A stretch of DNA of 64,000 nt from Octopus sinensis (taxonomy: Eukaryota). The DNA is taken from NCBI RefSeq assembly GCF_006345805.1, contig NC_042999.1, positions 26,350,001-26,414,000 on the forward strand. Direction: 5' to 3'. The notes beneath the pieces were generated by a model, which was not told the origin of the DNA, ran no database searches, and saw only the letters and a program-made list of their open reading frames with translations. How positions within the stretch are numbered: position 1 is the first letter of the stretch; the number at the start of each line of letters is the position of its first letter. The position numbers were made by a program, and so were the translations under genes. Of the stretch, positions 12,733 to 23,590 are shown one piece after another.

Positions 12733-13069
12733 TAAGACACTTGTTGTTGTTTTCACCGTTAATGCTTCTGTATTCCATTATTGTTTTTTGTTTTTTTATA
12801 TTCGTCCCTTTTGCTGTCCTGGTGTCCGTATGCATTCGATCCTTCTTCCAGGAAATCTACGCTCCCAGCTTAGTTTTTCTAATGCTCGTTGCTTAGTTTT
12901 TCTTGGAGGGCTGGCCGTGATCTAGTAATCTCAAGATTAATCAGCCGAAATTACTACGATGATCCGGTTCTTGACTGAAGACTGAGGGTTTCGAATGTCC
13001 TGTCCGTGTTTATTGTATCGTCTTCTAAGAGTTATACGTTCTTGTCCATGTTGTATTTTTCTACATACC

Positions 13070-13125
<56 letters not shown>

Positions 13126-13127
13126 AT

Positions 13128-13380
13128 ATATTATAATAAATTAGAGACAAAACCACTATTATGCAAATCAAACAAAGAAAGACTTAAGCCAATACATAGA
13201 ATAATTTATATAAATTAAATAAATTATTCTATGTATTGGCTTAAGTCTGTCTTTGTTTGATTTGCATAATAGTGGTTTTGTCTCTAATTTATTATAATAT
13301 AATATTTTACTATAAAATTGGATTTAATTTTAATCTGATTTTTCCTTGTAAATTTGGATTTATTCCCTAATATTTATTAT
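13128..13380. mobile_element. Fold-back element family C, copy 2 (81-bp arms, 1 mismatch)
   Basis: Arms 13128-13208 and 13220-13300; unique part 13301-13380. Confidence 0.8.
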
Positions 13381-13390
13381 TATATATATA

Positions 13391-13531
13391 TGACGGGCAT
13401 CTTCCTTTTCCGCCTACCAAATCCAATCGCAAGGCTTTGGTCGGCCTGAAGCTATTGTATAAGACAGCTGCCCAACGCAGCACGCAGTGGGAGTGAACAC
13501 GGAACGATGTAGTTGGGAAGCGAGCTTTTTA
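13391..13531 (-). mobile_element. SINE family A, 5' (tRNA-like) half
   Basis: ctaccaaatcc…caaggctttggtcggcc…cacgcagtggga. Confidence 0.75.
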
Positions 13532-13737
13532 CGGAAGAAAGATTGAGTCCGAGGACCGGGTCGGTCGGGCCGCGTCACCGTTCGCTCGGCGTCGTGCCGC
13601 CGGGCGCCAGAACGCGTTTTCACGCCAGAAATAGCGAAAATATACTTTTTGTATAGAGCAAATTTTTTCTTCTGCCTTGCACAAGTCCGCATGCCGAAAA
13701 TCATCCAACGGCCGATGAACAGGGCGGTAAGCAAAAA

Positions 13738-14218
13738 TCAGATGGCTATGAGAAACTGTTAGGGAGAAACATGAGCAAAACATGGCTGGATAGATTTGTA
13801 GCTGGAAAGGCTATATATGTGCCACCGAGATTCTTTGGCTTTGCCAAAGAATCAGACGTGGATGACAGTGAATTTCTACGATTTGAACTTTCCCAATTTC
13901 CCGTAATTTAATCCCATTCAATGCCACGTGTGGCGTGCGTTTGGTAAAGACACTAAACGCTTTTCCTGCAACATTAAGCTGGACTGATTGACAAAATCAA
14001 AGAGAAATTTGAGGACCTTCCCATCGATGCAGTGGGATATCATGAGTCAGTTTTTGGAGCCTTCCTCAGGCTGTGTCGGATGTTAATGACAGGCTTTTTT
14101 AGTAAACCATTAACTCCAAGTCATATTCTAATTGATATATTTGATTATTTAAAATACGCAAATTTTCTGGGTATGTGAAATTGTATTTTGCGTTCCTTTT
14201 TACCTCAAACAACCCGTA
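13738..14218 (+). mobile_element. Tc1/mariner (maT/DD37D-like) transposase 3' remnant
   Basis: Frameshifted translation gives TWLDRFVAG..YV, NFYDLNFPNF, FNPIQCHVWRAFGKDT.R.SCN and LIDKIKEKFEDLP, matching the SPDLNPLDY.VW region; ends CAACCCG-TA. Confidence 0.65.
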
Positions 14219-14563
14219 ATCATAAACACACACACACGCACACATGCAGACACACATATGGAAAAACTTATATCATTGTCTTTCATTGACATTTTGTCAT
14301 ATACACAAGAATATATGTTCATAAACACACACAACAGAAGTTTTATATCTTGGACATGAAGTTACCCAAGGTTTCGTAACAACAAAGCAAAGCATTGTGG
14401 AGAGCTCATCATACTATATGAATACAAAATAGAAAATATCTACGTCGTGAAGAAACGCTCAGAGGTCGATGAATACGTCTTAACAAATGAAACGTTAATG
14501 AAGACAGGCTATCTCTCCGGAATCAGAGGGTTGGGGGAAATCCCTTATAGACCCGAAAGAGGT

Positions 14564-15380
14564 CTAACTAGGAAACGGGAAGATCCAATTTTCCAGTAAG
14601 TAGCGCTTGAAGTGGTTACATTTAGAAAACACTTCTTTACGGATGTTTAATGCGCCAGGTTTCTTATATTCGCGAAGAATTTTGATTCTCTCCGCGATGC
14701 AGATCTTGCAACGGCCACTTCCTTTAATGTACGAGGCCCGACGGTCAATTTATTTCCACCTGATGTCACAAGGGGTCACGTGATCTTTGAGGTGCCATAC
14801 ATGGCAGGCCAGAGACATGAAACACCGTCTTTCTGGGAATCTGAAGGATGACTGGTGGTTAAGAAAACGTCGCTTGAACGAAGTACTCGCAGAACCAATA
14901 TATTTACACATATGGGATGTGGCCCTATTCGCACCCCTGGTAACATATGGCGTGGAGCTGGACGTCCCATCAATATCAAAGATAAACATTTGGTTATCTT
15001 TTGTGGCCGCAGAACTGGAGCGGCGGATACCTTCTCCAAGTCGCTGGTATTGGAGGGGTCATTTTTTTCTAGGTACGGCATTTGTACTGGTGGAAACATA
15101 CATCTACCTGTATCTATGGTTTGTTCACTACCCGTGGTGGTGGTGGCGGACTAGCTATTATCTCAGGGCGTAGCAATTGTATCGGCGTGTGGTTAATCTG
15201 GTAATGATATTACTCTTTGATGGTATATTATTGATATCAGGTTTAGGTATCACCATAGCCTCATAGATGACCCCCTCCAGTCTCGAGTCAGCCTCCTCTC
15301 TTGTGTTGTGGGTTCTTTCTAGAATGTTAGACCACTGGTAACTAAGTTTTTTGGCTAATTCTGGAAGAAAATCGGCAATT
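14564..15380 (-). pseudogene. Penelope-like element linker plus GIY-YIG endonuclease, 5'-truncated with no RT
   Basis: KLSYQWSNILERTHN…GVIYEA…YIGSASTSFKRRFLNHQSSF…LACHVWHLKD…W*I…CKICIAER…LNIRKEVFSKCNH; stop at 14564-14566. Confidence 0.8.
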
Positions 15381-15460
15381 TATTTTTTAGTGCTGGTTGA
15401 GTTCCGCTTCTGCGCGGTAGATTTGAAAAATTAGAACCTCGTGGCGGGTTATTCATCGCT

Positions 15461-15559
15461 CCGTGCCTACTGAAGAAGCAGCGCCAGATATAGACTGAAA
15501 TTATTTTATTTCAGTCCGTATTTAAGTCTGCAGAAACCTTGCAGGGTCTAGAATTATGG
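15461..15559 (+). ncRNA. Type I hammerhead ribozyme, apparently intact
   Basis: Helix I CUA/UAG plus CCGU/AUGG beyond an internal loop, CUGAAGA, helix II GCAG/CUGC with a nested hairpin, GAAA, helix III CCU-UGCA-GGG, GUC triplet (cleavage after 15548). Confidence 0.8.
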
Positions 15560-15693
15560 TAAAAGTTTTTTTTATTTTCCAATCACTATCGGAAATACAA
15601 CAATTGGTGGCTTAGAGTTTTAACTGCTCATTCTAGCGAGTCAGATCTCCTGTTCTTCGGGTATCTCTTTTGTATATATAAATAAATAAATAA

Positions 15694-15750
<57 letters not shown>

Positions 15751-15783
15751 TGAGAAAGTTGGTTTGTGAAACCACGTGGTTGA

Positions 15784-16069
15784 ATATATAGAAAATAGTG
15801 AAAAGTGAAAAAACTACCGAAGGCTTGTTTTGAAAGCTTAAAAAATATATATTTGAGTCAATATGTCTGAAGAATGTTATCAATTTTTTTCTTACAATGA
15901 CATAGTTTAGAAGAAATGACCGGTTTCGCGTTCAGCTTTTCAAATTTCTTACATCGTTATGTTTATGTTGAGAAGAGTTATCGTTATGTTTATGTTGAGA
16001 AGAGTTCCAAATATATATTTTCTAACCTTTTAAAACAAGCCTTCTGTAGTTTTTTCACTTTTTACTATT

Positions 16070-16079
<10 letters not shown>
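15784..16079. repeat. Imperfect 72-bp inverted repeat enclosing a degenerate HHR and a 27-bp tandem duplication
   Basis: Arms 15784-15855 and 16008-16079 with about 5 mismatches; (TA)n on both sides. Confidence 0.75.
15911..15950 (-). ncRNA. Degenerate minimal hammerhead (core UUGAAAA)
   Basis: AAGAAAU-UUGAAAA-GC UGAAC GC-GAAA-CCGG-UC-AUUUCUU with a 7-bp perfect helix I. Confidence 0.6.
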
Positions 16080-16110
<31 letters not shown>

Positions 16111-16279
16111 CATTATGTGAGCACAGTGGAGCGCTAAAGTCTGCTCGAATGAACAGACACCATATGCAAAACCACGAGCTTTCAATGTGTTACAGTTACA
16201 TCGTGAGCGGATTAAGAGAGGCTTCATACCTATACATTAATAACCACTTGTAGCGCATTTAATATCTTATTCTAGCACG

Positions 16280-16499
16280 TAACACTACTTGTGCTCATGA
16301 TCAGTGATGCACATATCGTCAGCCATTAACGGACATGCTCAACTGGTTATGGTCAAACAACTGACAATCCAATCTGTGGTATTGATCAGAATATTTGCTG
16401 TAGCCCATATTTTATACCAAGACAAAACAATGTACATAACACTTCCAATCAGTTAATATCAGGAGACATGAGAGCCACTGCTTGGTACTGCATGACGGC
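16280..16499 (-). mobile_element. (AAT)n-tailed ~500-bp repeat unit, 5' partial copy
   Basis: Homologous to 17640-17817. Confidence 0.7.
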
Positions 16500-16521
16500 A
16501 ATCATTATTATTATTATTATG

Positions 16522-16580
<59 letters not shown>

Positions 16581-17115
16581 CATTGTCATTTACTTTTAAT
16601 CTGCATGTTTGATGCAATCACCTGCCGGGGCACACCCAGCGCCCTAGGGCAAGTGAAGGTTAAGAGTTGTTGAAATATAGCTGAAAGCTTGGGGAGGGGA
16701 AGTAGAGATATATCTCCATGTAATGCAAACACAAACATTTACATTGATAGGGTTTTTCTAAGGATGTGGGCAGTACTTGTTAGCACAATCTTTTGGATTT
16801 CCTTGAGACATGGTTTTCCAGGGATATTGTCTAGGTGTTTCTGACATCCCTTTTTTATCATACCTAGGGCACCTACAATAACAGGAACAGTTTTTGTTTT
16901 AAGATTCCACATCCCCTGTATTTCGATTTCCAGGTCCTTATATTTACTAAGTTTGTCAAATTCCTTGACAGATACATTTTTATCAGTGGGGACGCTTACT
17001 TCTATTAGTCTGCAGGTATTTTCTTCCCTGTCTTTAACAATTATGTCTGGTCGATTAGCCTTGATCGTTCTGTCAGTGTTGACTGGAAAATCCCAGAAGA
17101 TAGTGACATCTTTGA

Positions 17116-17118
<3 letters not shown>
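16500..17118 (-). mobile_element. R4/Dong-type LINE 3' end (restriction-like endonuclease) with (TAA)n tail
   Basis: Open frame DVTIFWDFPVNTDRTIKANRPDIIVKD…IEVSVPTDKN…KYKDL…VPVIVGALG…TAHILRKTLSM*; (ATT)n on both sides. Confidence 0.85.
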
Positions 17119-17184
<66 letters not shown>

Positions 17185-17229
17185 CATTATATTATTATTA
17201 TTATTATTATTATTATTATCATCATCATC

Positions 17230-17319
<90 letters not shown>

Positions 17320-17817
17320 GAGTGAGAGAGCAGTGCATGCCATCAAAGTGACACTTGGGTAAAATATACGAAGCCCAATATACCCATCATGACTACCCGT
17401 CTGATAAAGGTACACCAGGCACATGCATCACAACCATTTGTGCGCGACATGGTGATCTCATATCAAGATAAACAGCACATGACCTTGCAGGTGGGGCCCA
17501 GGTAGAATTTTCTTCAGGTTGAGTAGCCCATCCCGCTCAAAAGGTCCCTGAATAAGGGTTGTTTAAGGATGTTGAAAGAACCACACCCTTTTTCCAGAGG
17601 TGAATTATTCAAACCCCAAAGAATCCCTCTCAACACATAGCTATGATGCTCCCCCACTACTTCTGCTCGTGATCAGAGATGCACATATCGTCAGCCACTA
17701 AGGGACATGCTCAACTGGTTAAGGTCAAACAACTGACAAGCAAATCTGTGGTATTGAGCAGAATATTTGCTGTAGCCCATCTTTTATACCAAGACAAAAC
17801 AATGTACATGATAACAC

Positions 17818-17897
<80 letters not shown>

Positions 17898-18360
17898 GAG
17901 TGAGAGAACAGTGCATGCCATCAAATGACACTGGGGTAAAAATATACGAAGTCCAGTATACCCATCATAACTACACGTGTGATAAGGGTACACGAGGCAC
18001 ATGCATCATAACCATATATGCGCGACATGATGATCTCATATCAACATAAACAGCGCTTGACCCAGCAGGTGGGGCCCAGTTAGAACTTTTTTTCTGGGTG
18101 AGTAGCCCATACTGCTCAAAAGGTCCCTGAATAAGGATTGTTTAAGGATGTTGAACGAAACACCCATGTTTCCAAAGGCGAATTATCCAAACCTGTAAAA
18201 GTTTCTTTCAACACACGGCTATCATGCTTCCCCACTACTTCTGCTCATGATCAGAGATGCACATATCGTCAGCCACTAAGGGACATGGTCAACTGGTTAA
18301 GGTCAAACAACTGACAAGCCCATCTTTTATACCAAGACAAAACAATGAACATGACAACAC
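17320..18360 (-). repeat. Two tandem ~500-bp units separated by (TTA)n
   Basis: Units 17320-17817 and 17898-18360; the second has an internal deletion. Confidence 0.85.
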
Positions 18361-18518
18361 TAAGATGACATACATTAATTGCATTGCTTTTGTAACGGGT
18401 AAGACTTTGGCAATACCATGACGTCCTAGTCGTATCGGCTGTGTTTTGTTTATAAAGGTTTTACGCTTTTTCATTGGTCAGTTTTACTGTTCATACGCCG
18501 ATTCTAATCGTCATGAAA

Positions 18519-18930
18519 TACTCTTTTACTCTTTTACTTGTTTCAGTCATTTGACTGCGGCCATGCTGGAGCACCACCTTTAGTCGAGCAAATCGACCCC
18601 GGAATTTATTCTTTGTAAGCCCAGTACTTATTCTATCGGTCTCTTTTGCCGAACCGCTAAGTAACGGGGACGTAAACGCACCAGCATCGGTTGTCAAGCA
18701 ATGCTAGGGGGACAAACACAGACACACAAACATATACACACACACTTATATATATATACATATATACGACAGGCTTCTTTCAGTTTCCGTCTACCAAATC
18801 CACTCACAAGGCATTGGTCGGCCCGGGGCTATAGCAGAAGACACTTGCCCAAGATGCCACGCAGTGGGACTGAACCCGGAACCATGTGGTTGGTTGGCAA
18901 GCTACTTACCACCCAGCCACTCCTGCGCCT
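18519..18930 (-). mobile_element. SINE family A, full length (tRNA head, CORE-like domain, (AAAAGAGT)n tail)
   Basis: Head AGGCGCAGGAGTGGCTG…GGTTCAGTCCC, CORE-like CTTGGGCAAGTGTCTT, internal (TA/TG) tract and repeated tail. Confidence 0.85.
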
Positions 18931-21182
18931 ATATGTCTCATTTCAATGAAGAAATGTTCTTAGAATCGAGTTTACGACAGTAATAAAACCCTGATTTGTG
19001 GGAAATTTTTCAGTGTCCCTTGGTTTGCCACACAGGACCTTGTCACTCATTCTGCCAATCCTATTTTGCATTGTTCATCCTCCATGACGTTATGTCATGC
19101 CTTTCTGAACCTTTGTTTTAGAGTAATTTTAAGGAACGAGATAAGAACAATTTTCCTGTCATCTTTATCACGACAGTTTCAAAACATGTTTTTTTTCGTC
19201 TTCATAAATACTGCAATTGTTACTATCACTATATTATGATAAATTAATTGTGAATATTTTGACTTTCTGTAAATAAATGATTGGTGTTAAATTCAGTCCT
19301 TCTCATGATATTTATCTGCTCGAACTCTTATTGTATTTATTATAAGGAAAATGAATTAGTTAAATATTTATTTGCATACATCTTATGAAGTTATACTCAA
19401 GCTTTTGTCAACGACAGAATACAGTCAACCCAGTATGAAGAAACAAAATAACATTCTTAAGATAAACATGACTTCCTAATATCCACAGATATCTTCACCT
19501 TGCGATTAAAAACACATTTTCCGATCCTGTTTAAACTGTTTTATAACGGTGATGTTAGTGAAATGTCGGTATGTTCAACATACAGTCGAACGCCGTTACG
19601 AGTGTATGTTATTTCTAGCGTTCCGTTTATGCCTCATATTACTTCTAGCGTTCTGTCTACGCCTCGCAACTAAATGATTGATAACACGACATAACCACCA
19701 ACATCCACACAGTTATACTTCCCATCACTATTCGGCCTTCTCCTACAATTTCTTGAGTTTTCCTTGGGCTGCACTTGATCTGAGGTTTCAAAATGAGTCA
19801 AATATCTTATATCAACTGGAGCTGTGTTAATACCTTGTCGTTAGTTGCGATTATGCCACTTCCCAGTCTATGAATTTGGTCCCCATTCCGAGATATGCAC
19901 TTTAGAACTTTCGGAAAATGGTATCTTTTCCGACTGGAAGTGCTGTGTTTGGCGAGGGAGTGGGACCAATGATGCATATCCAGAATGACGCTCTAAAGAG
20001 CTTTATATTATGCCTCAATTCCTGACGCCTTCAGAAATTTCAGAGAAGCACTCGACTAGTCTTTATTGAAGGACGTCTCTTAGCTAAAAGAGGGAGTGTA
20101 TACTATTTTTGATTGTTATAAACTGTTAGATCTTTATAAAGCTGTCAGTCACATGAGCTGAATATCTGCTTACTCCTTCGTCTCCTGGTTGAGATCTCAA
20201 AACCTATGTCCATATATATTTCCCATGTCATATTTACAAGTTGCTTAAAAAGGTAGGCGCGGTCACTTGCCCTTTGAGACGTACAGTAGTAAACTCCACA
20301 AAGCTTTTCAACATTTGGAATATATTCTCACCTACAGGTTCAACGTGCCATTAATATGTGAAAAATATATTACCACAATAATTTTCTGTAAGAGCTCTTT
20401 CATATCAAATTACTTGTGTATTTTGCGTCCTGAAGAAACATCAAAACTTCTCTGGAAACCCTAAAACCGGAGAATACATTAAAAAAATAACCTCCTCCGT
20501 AACATCGATACGTTTAATTGTAAATGAAGTCTTTCGTAATATAAAAACAAATGAAAGCTTACCATATCTAACAGGTACGGCTAGAGTGACCGGATATACA
20601 TGTAGTTGTTTGCAAATGCCTAAGATCATAGTGAGTTTGTGAGTTTCACATTAACATGTGTATATGAAATGTTTGACATAAACATTAGCGAAAAGATGTT
20701 TTTCAGCCGAATCATTTTCTATTTTGATCTTCTTATATTCAGATCCACTAGTACAAATCACGTTTGTTTATTTTAAACTTATTTCTCATGCAAAACATTA
20801 GACACTAATTGATTTCTATTTCAGCGGTTTGCTTATTATTTTATATGCACGATTATAAAATGATTTTATATTTCCCAGTACAGGAGTGATAAATATGTTG
20901 TCAGTTGCAGAGATTTCTCCACACTATGTAATCAAACCGATGTATTAAAGCATCGAAACCATATTTCTGTCTTTCTGTAAATATTTATACTCATATCTAT
21001 ACAAACATTATATATGAGTGCATGTTATTTGTAACTTTAATGGATCAGTGTGCTTCCAAAACAAATCTCATCGCTATATAAGCTTTCGTTTATCGGTTCT
21101 CACTGCATCTCTCTATAGTGTTTAACATTATAGAAAGGAACACATATGTGCAAAGCAAATGCTGACGCACTTATAAAGATGC

Positions 21183-21226
<44 letters not shown>

Positions 21227-21449
21227 CATACATATATACAGTAAACGTGAGTGCCTGTTTGTACACACACATAGGCACAAACAAGCATGCACACTTATTT
21301 ATACATGGTACTCAGTATTATAGATCTATTGCAGCTGATTTTACCAGTCAGTTTTGCACAAAATATTTTGCGGTAACTCAGTCCGTATACTCGCCAGAAG
21401 AACTGTTAGAGAGCATAATGGAGTAGCTATTATAGGTCTGGTGGTCAGG

Positions 21450-21870
21450 AACTGTCACATACCATTGTGTTATGAAAGAAAAAGAACAACAGTAAAAAAA
21501 TTCCGTGACAGAAGTTCAGAGGGATATTTCTTCAAGAGATACGTTCCTAGGAAGAGGATCATGTAGTGCTTTCACAGTGTAAAGGGATAACAGATGCAGA
21601 AGTCTTTCGATGTGGTGCGCCTCAGGGATGAAGCTAATCCGTGTACTGAAATATATCCAGAATGAGGTTTGTCGAAGGTTGGGATGAAGAGAGTGATCAG
21701 TTGTAAAATGTGAGTAAATATTCGTGTATGTGCTTACATGTAATAAGTCGGGTGTGACAATGATTTTTCTGGGCCTTCGGGCTGTTGTGATTAGAAGAAC
21801 CGATAGTGTAAGTTCTAGAGTTCATATTCAAAGTACTGCCGGCTAATATCTATATACATAATTTCCGTCA
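21450..21870 (-). mobile_element. Highly decayed PLE-like coding remnant
   Basis: Fragmentary SNHNSP and STNLI…KT motifs only, across frameshifts. Confidence 0.25.
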
Positions 21871-21933
21871 ACCAAGCAGAGTCGGAAAAACATCGCATTT
21901 ATAATCAGGTAAATATGTGAGGGAAGTGTGTTC

Positions 21934-22373
21934 GAATCTTTTCGGTTTGAACGGCAGTTTTTTCTAGCGGTGTCATATGAAATTGTCACCCATAATTATG
22001 ACCCTAGAATCGATCTATTGCATTTCAATCTATTTTAAGGTTAGGGTTAGTTAGTGTTACAGTTAGGGTTAGTGGTGGGGGGAAGGGCATCTTTTTTTCT
22101 TCACAATTGTAAATAAACCCAATCTATTTCTTAAACGAGGGACATATTCATACGACACAGAATGATTTTTTACCTCAATGGACGTTAGTGAGTGGTTGAA
22201 ATTGCAGAAATTGAAGAAAGAAAACAACAAATATCTTACAAACAATAAAATTTTCTCAATAAAGCCAAGAGAAAAAGATGTTTTATAAACACATTCTACC
22301 AGTATACGAAGTTTAAATTTTTTTAGTTACCTAGAAATTATGTCAAAAACTGCCGTTCAAACCGAAAAGATCC
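21934..22373. mobile_element. 440-bp MITE, Merlin-like
   Basis: About 29-bp TIRs (G[G/A]ATCTTTTCGGTTTGAACGGCAGTTTTT) and a perfect 8-bp TSD GTGTGTTC (21926-21933 and 22374-22381). Confidence 0.8.
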
Positions 22374-22931
22374 GTGTGTTCTTTCATATAATAATTTGCT
22401 CCGTCAAATAGAGACCAGATATTTTGATGTTGTTTTATTTTTTTTACCTCATTTTCAATTATTTTCTCCGTAATATGGGAAAATGTCGACCCATTTTTAT
22501 ACCCTTCCCACCGCCATTTCTTCCTTCTGTCGTTCGTTGATAAGTCTGCTACCTTTTCGGCGATATAAGGCTAAAGTCTGGACGTCGCCAGTCTGGTCAC
22601 TGACTTAGCCTGCTGCCATTGTTTTTGTTGATGCCGTTTTCATCCTTGTTGCTGCTGTTGCTGCCGTTGCTGGTAGTGTTGCTGTTGTTGTTATTATCGT
22701 TGTTGTTGTTGCGTTGCTACTCTTAGTGTTCGTGTTGTTTTTGGTGACGTTGGTGCTGTTGTTTTGCTATTTTTCCTGTCACAAGCAAGCCGTACCTTCT
22801 TAACATCGGTTCTGATACTATATGTACGTACGGTTTCAGGATTCGTAGGTATGCCTGACTGAACTTCATGATATTAAGTGTCATTCACGTTCTTGTTGTT
22901 GCTGTTATTGTTGGTGTTGGTTTTGTGTCGT

Positions 22932-22981
<50 letters not shown>

Positions 22982-23169
22982 TATATATAAGTACATGTGT
23001 GCATGTGTGTGTGTCTCTAAGACTTGTTTTTCTCCAAAGTTCATCAACAATTTCTTTTCCCTTTTGTTACCTACTTTGGTGACCTTCACTTATCAATGAT
23101 ATCTATTTATGCGAACATTGCACACTTGATATTTTGCCCGTCTTAAGACATGTTTTTATCTTCTATAGT

Positions 23170-23379
23170 TTTATCTTTTATCTTTTGTTTCAGTCATTTG
23201 ACTGTGGCCATGCTGGGACACCGCCTTAAAGGGTTTTAGCCGAACGAATGGACCCCAGGACTTAATTTTTAGGTCTAATACTTATTCTATCGGTGCCTTG
23301 TACCGAACACCGGGGACGTAACCACACCAACGCTGATTGTCAAGGAGTGTCTGGGGGGAAAGACACAGTCAAAAAGACG

Positions 23380-23390
<11 letters not shown>
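23170..23390 (-). mobile_element. SINE family A, 3' half
   Basis: tttcagtcatttgactgtggccatgctgg…. Confidence 0.75.
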
Positions 23391-23444
<54 letters not shown>

Positions 23445-23448
<4 letters not shown>

Positions 23449-23590
23449 AAATTTACAGAAAAACAAAAGACGAAGACAGGCGTATAAACAACGAACAGGT
23501 ATATTAGTTTACTGCTCGGGAAGGTTAGAAAATGTTTTACGTTTCGATGTTACGCTTTTCAACAGAAAGGAACAGAGAGAGAATAAAAAA
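23445..23590 (-). mobile_element. Short repeat family with an HHR-like variant motif (23535-23570)
   Basis: Homologous to 54655-54835. Confidence 0.6.

Noticed and set aside
16300-18280. CUGACGA on the minus strand of the ~500-bp unit
   Set aside because: No downstream GAAA or helix III in any of the four copies.
16280-18360. CRISPR-like array interpretation of the repeated units
   Set aside because: Eukaryotic context; the units are ~500 bp separated by microsatellite, not short repeats with unique spacers.
18880-18930. tRNA genes at SINE heads (also 3060-3140 and 59110-59182)
   Set aside because: A and B boxes are present, but they continue into SINE bodies and lack a full cloverleaf.
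20425-20475. CUGAAGA…GAAA at 20430-20458
   Set aside because: Helices I, II and III do not pair.
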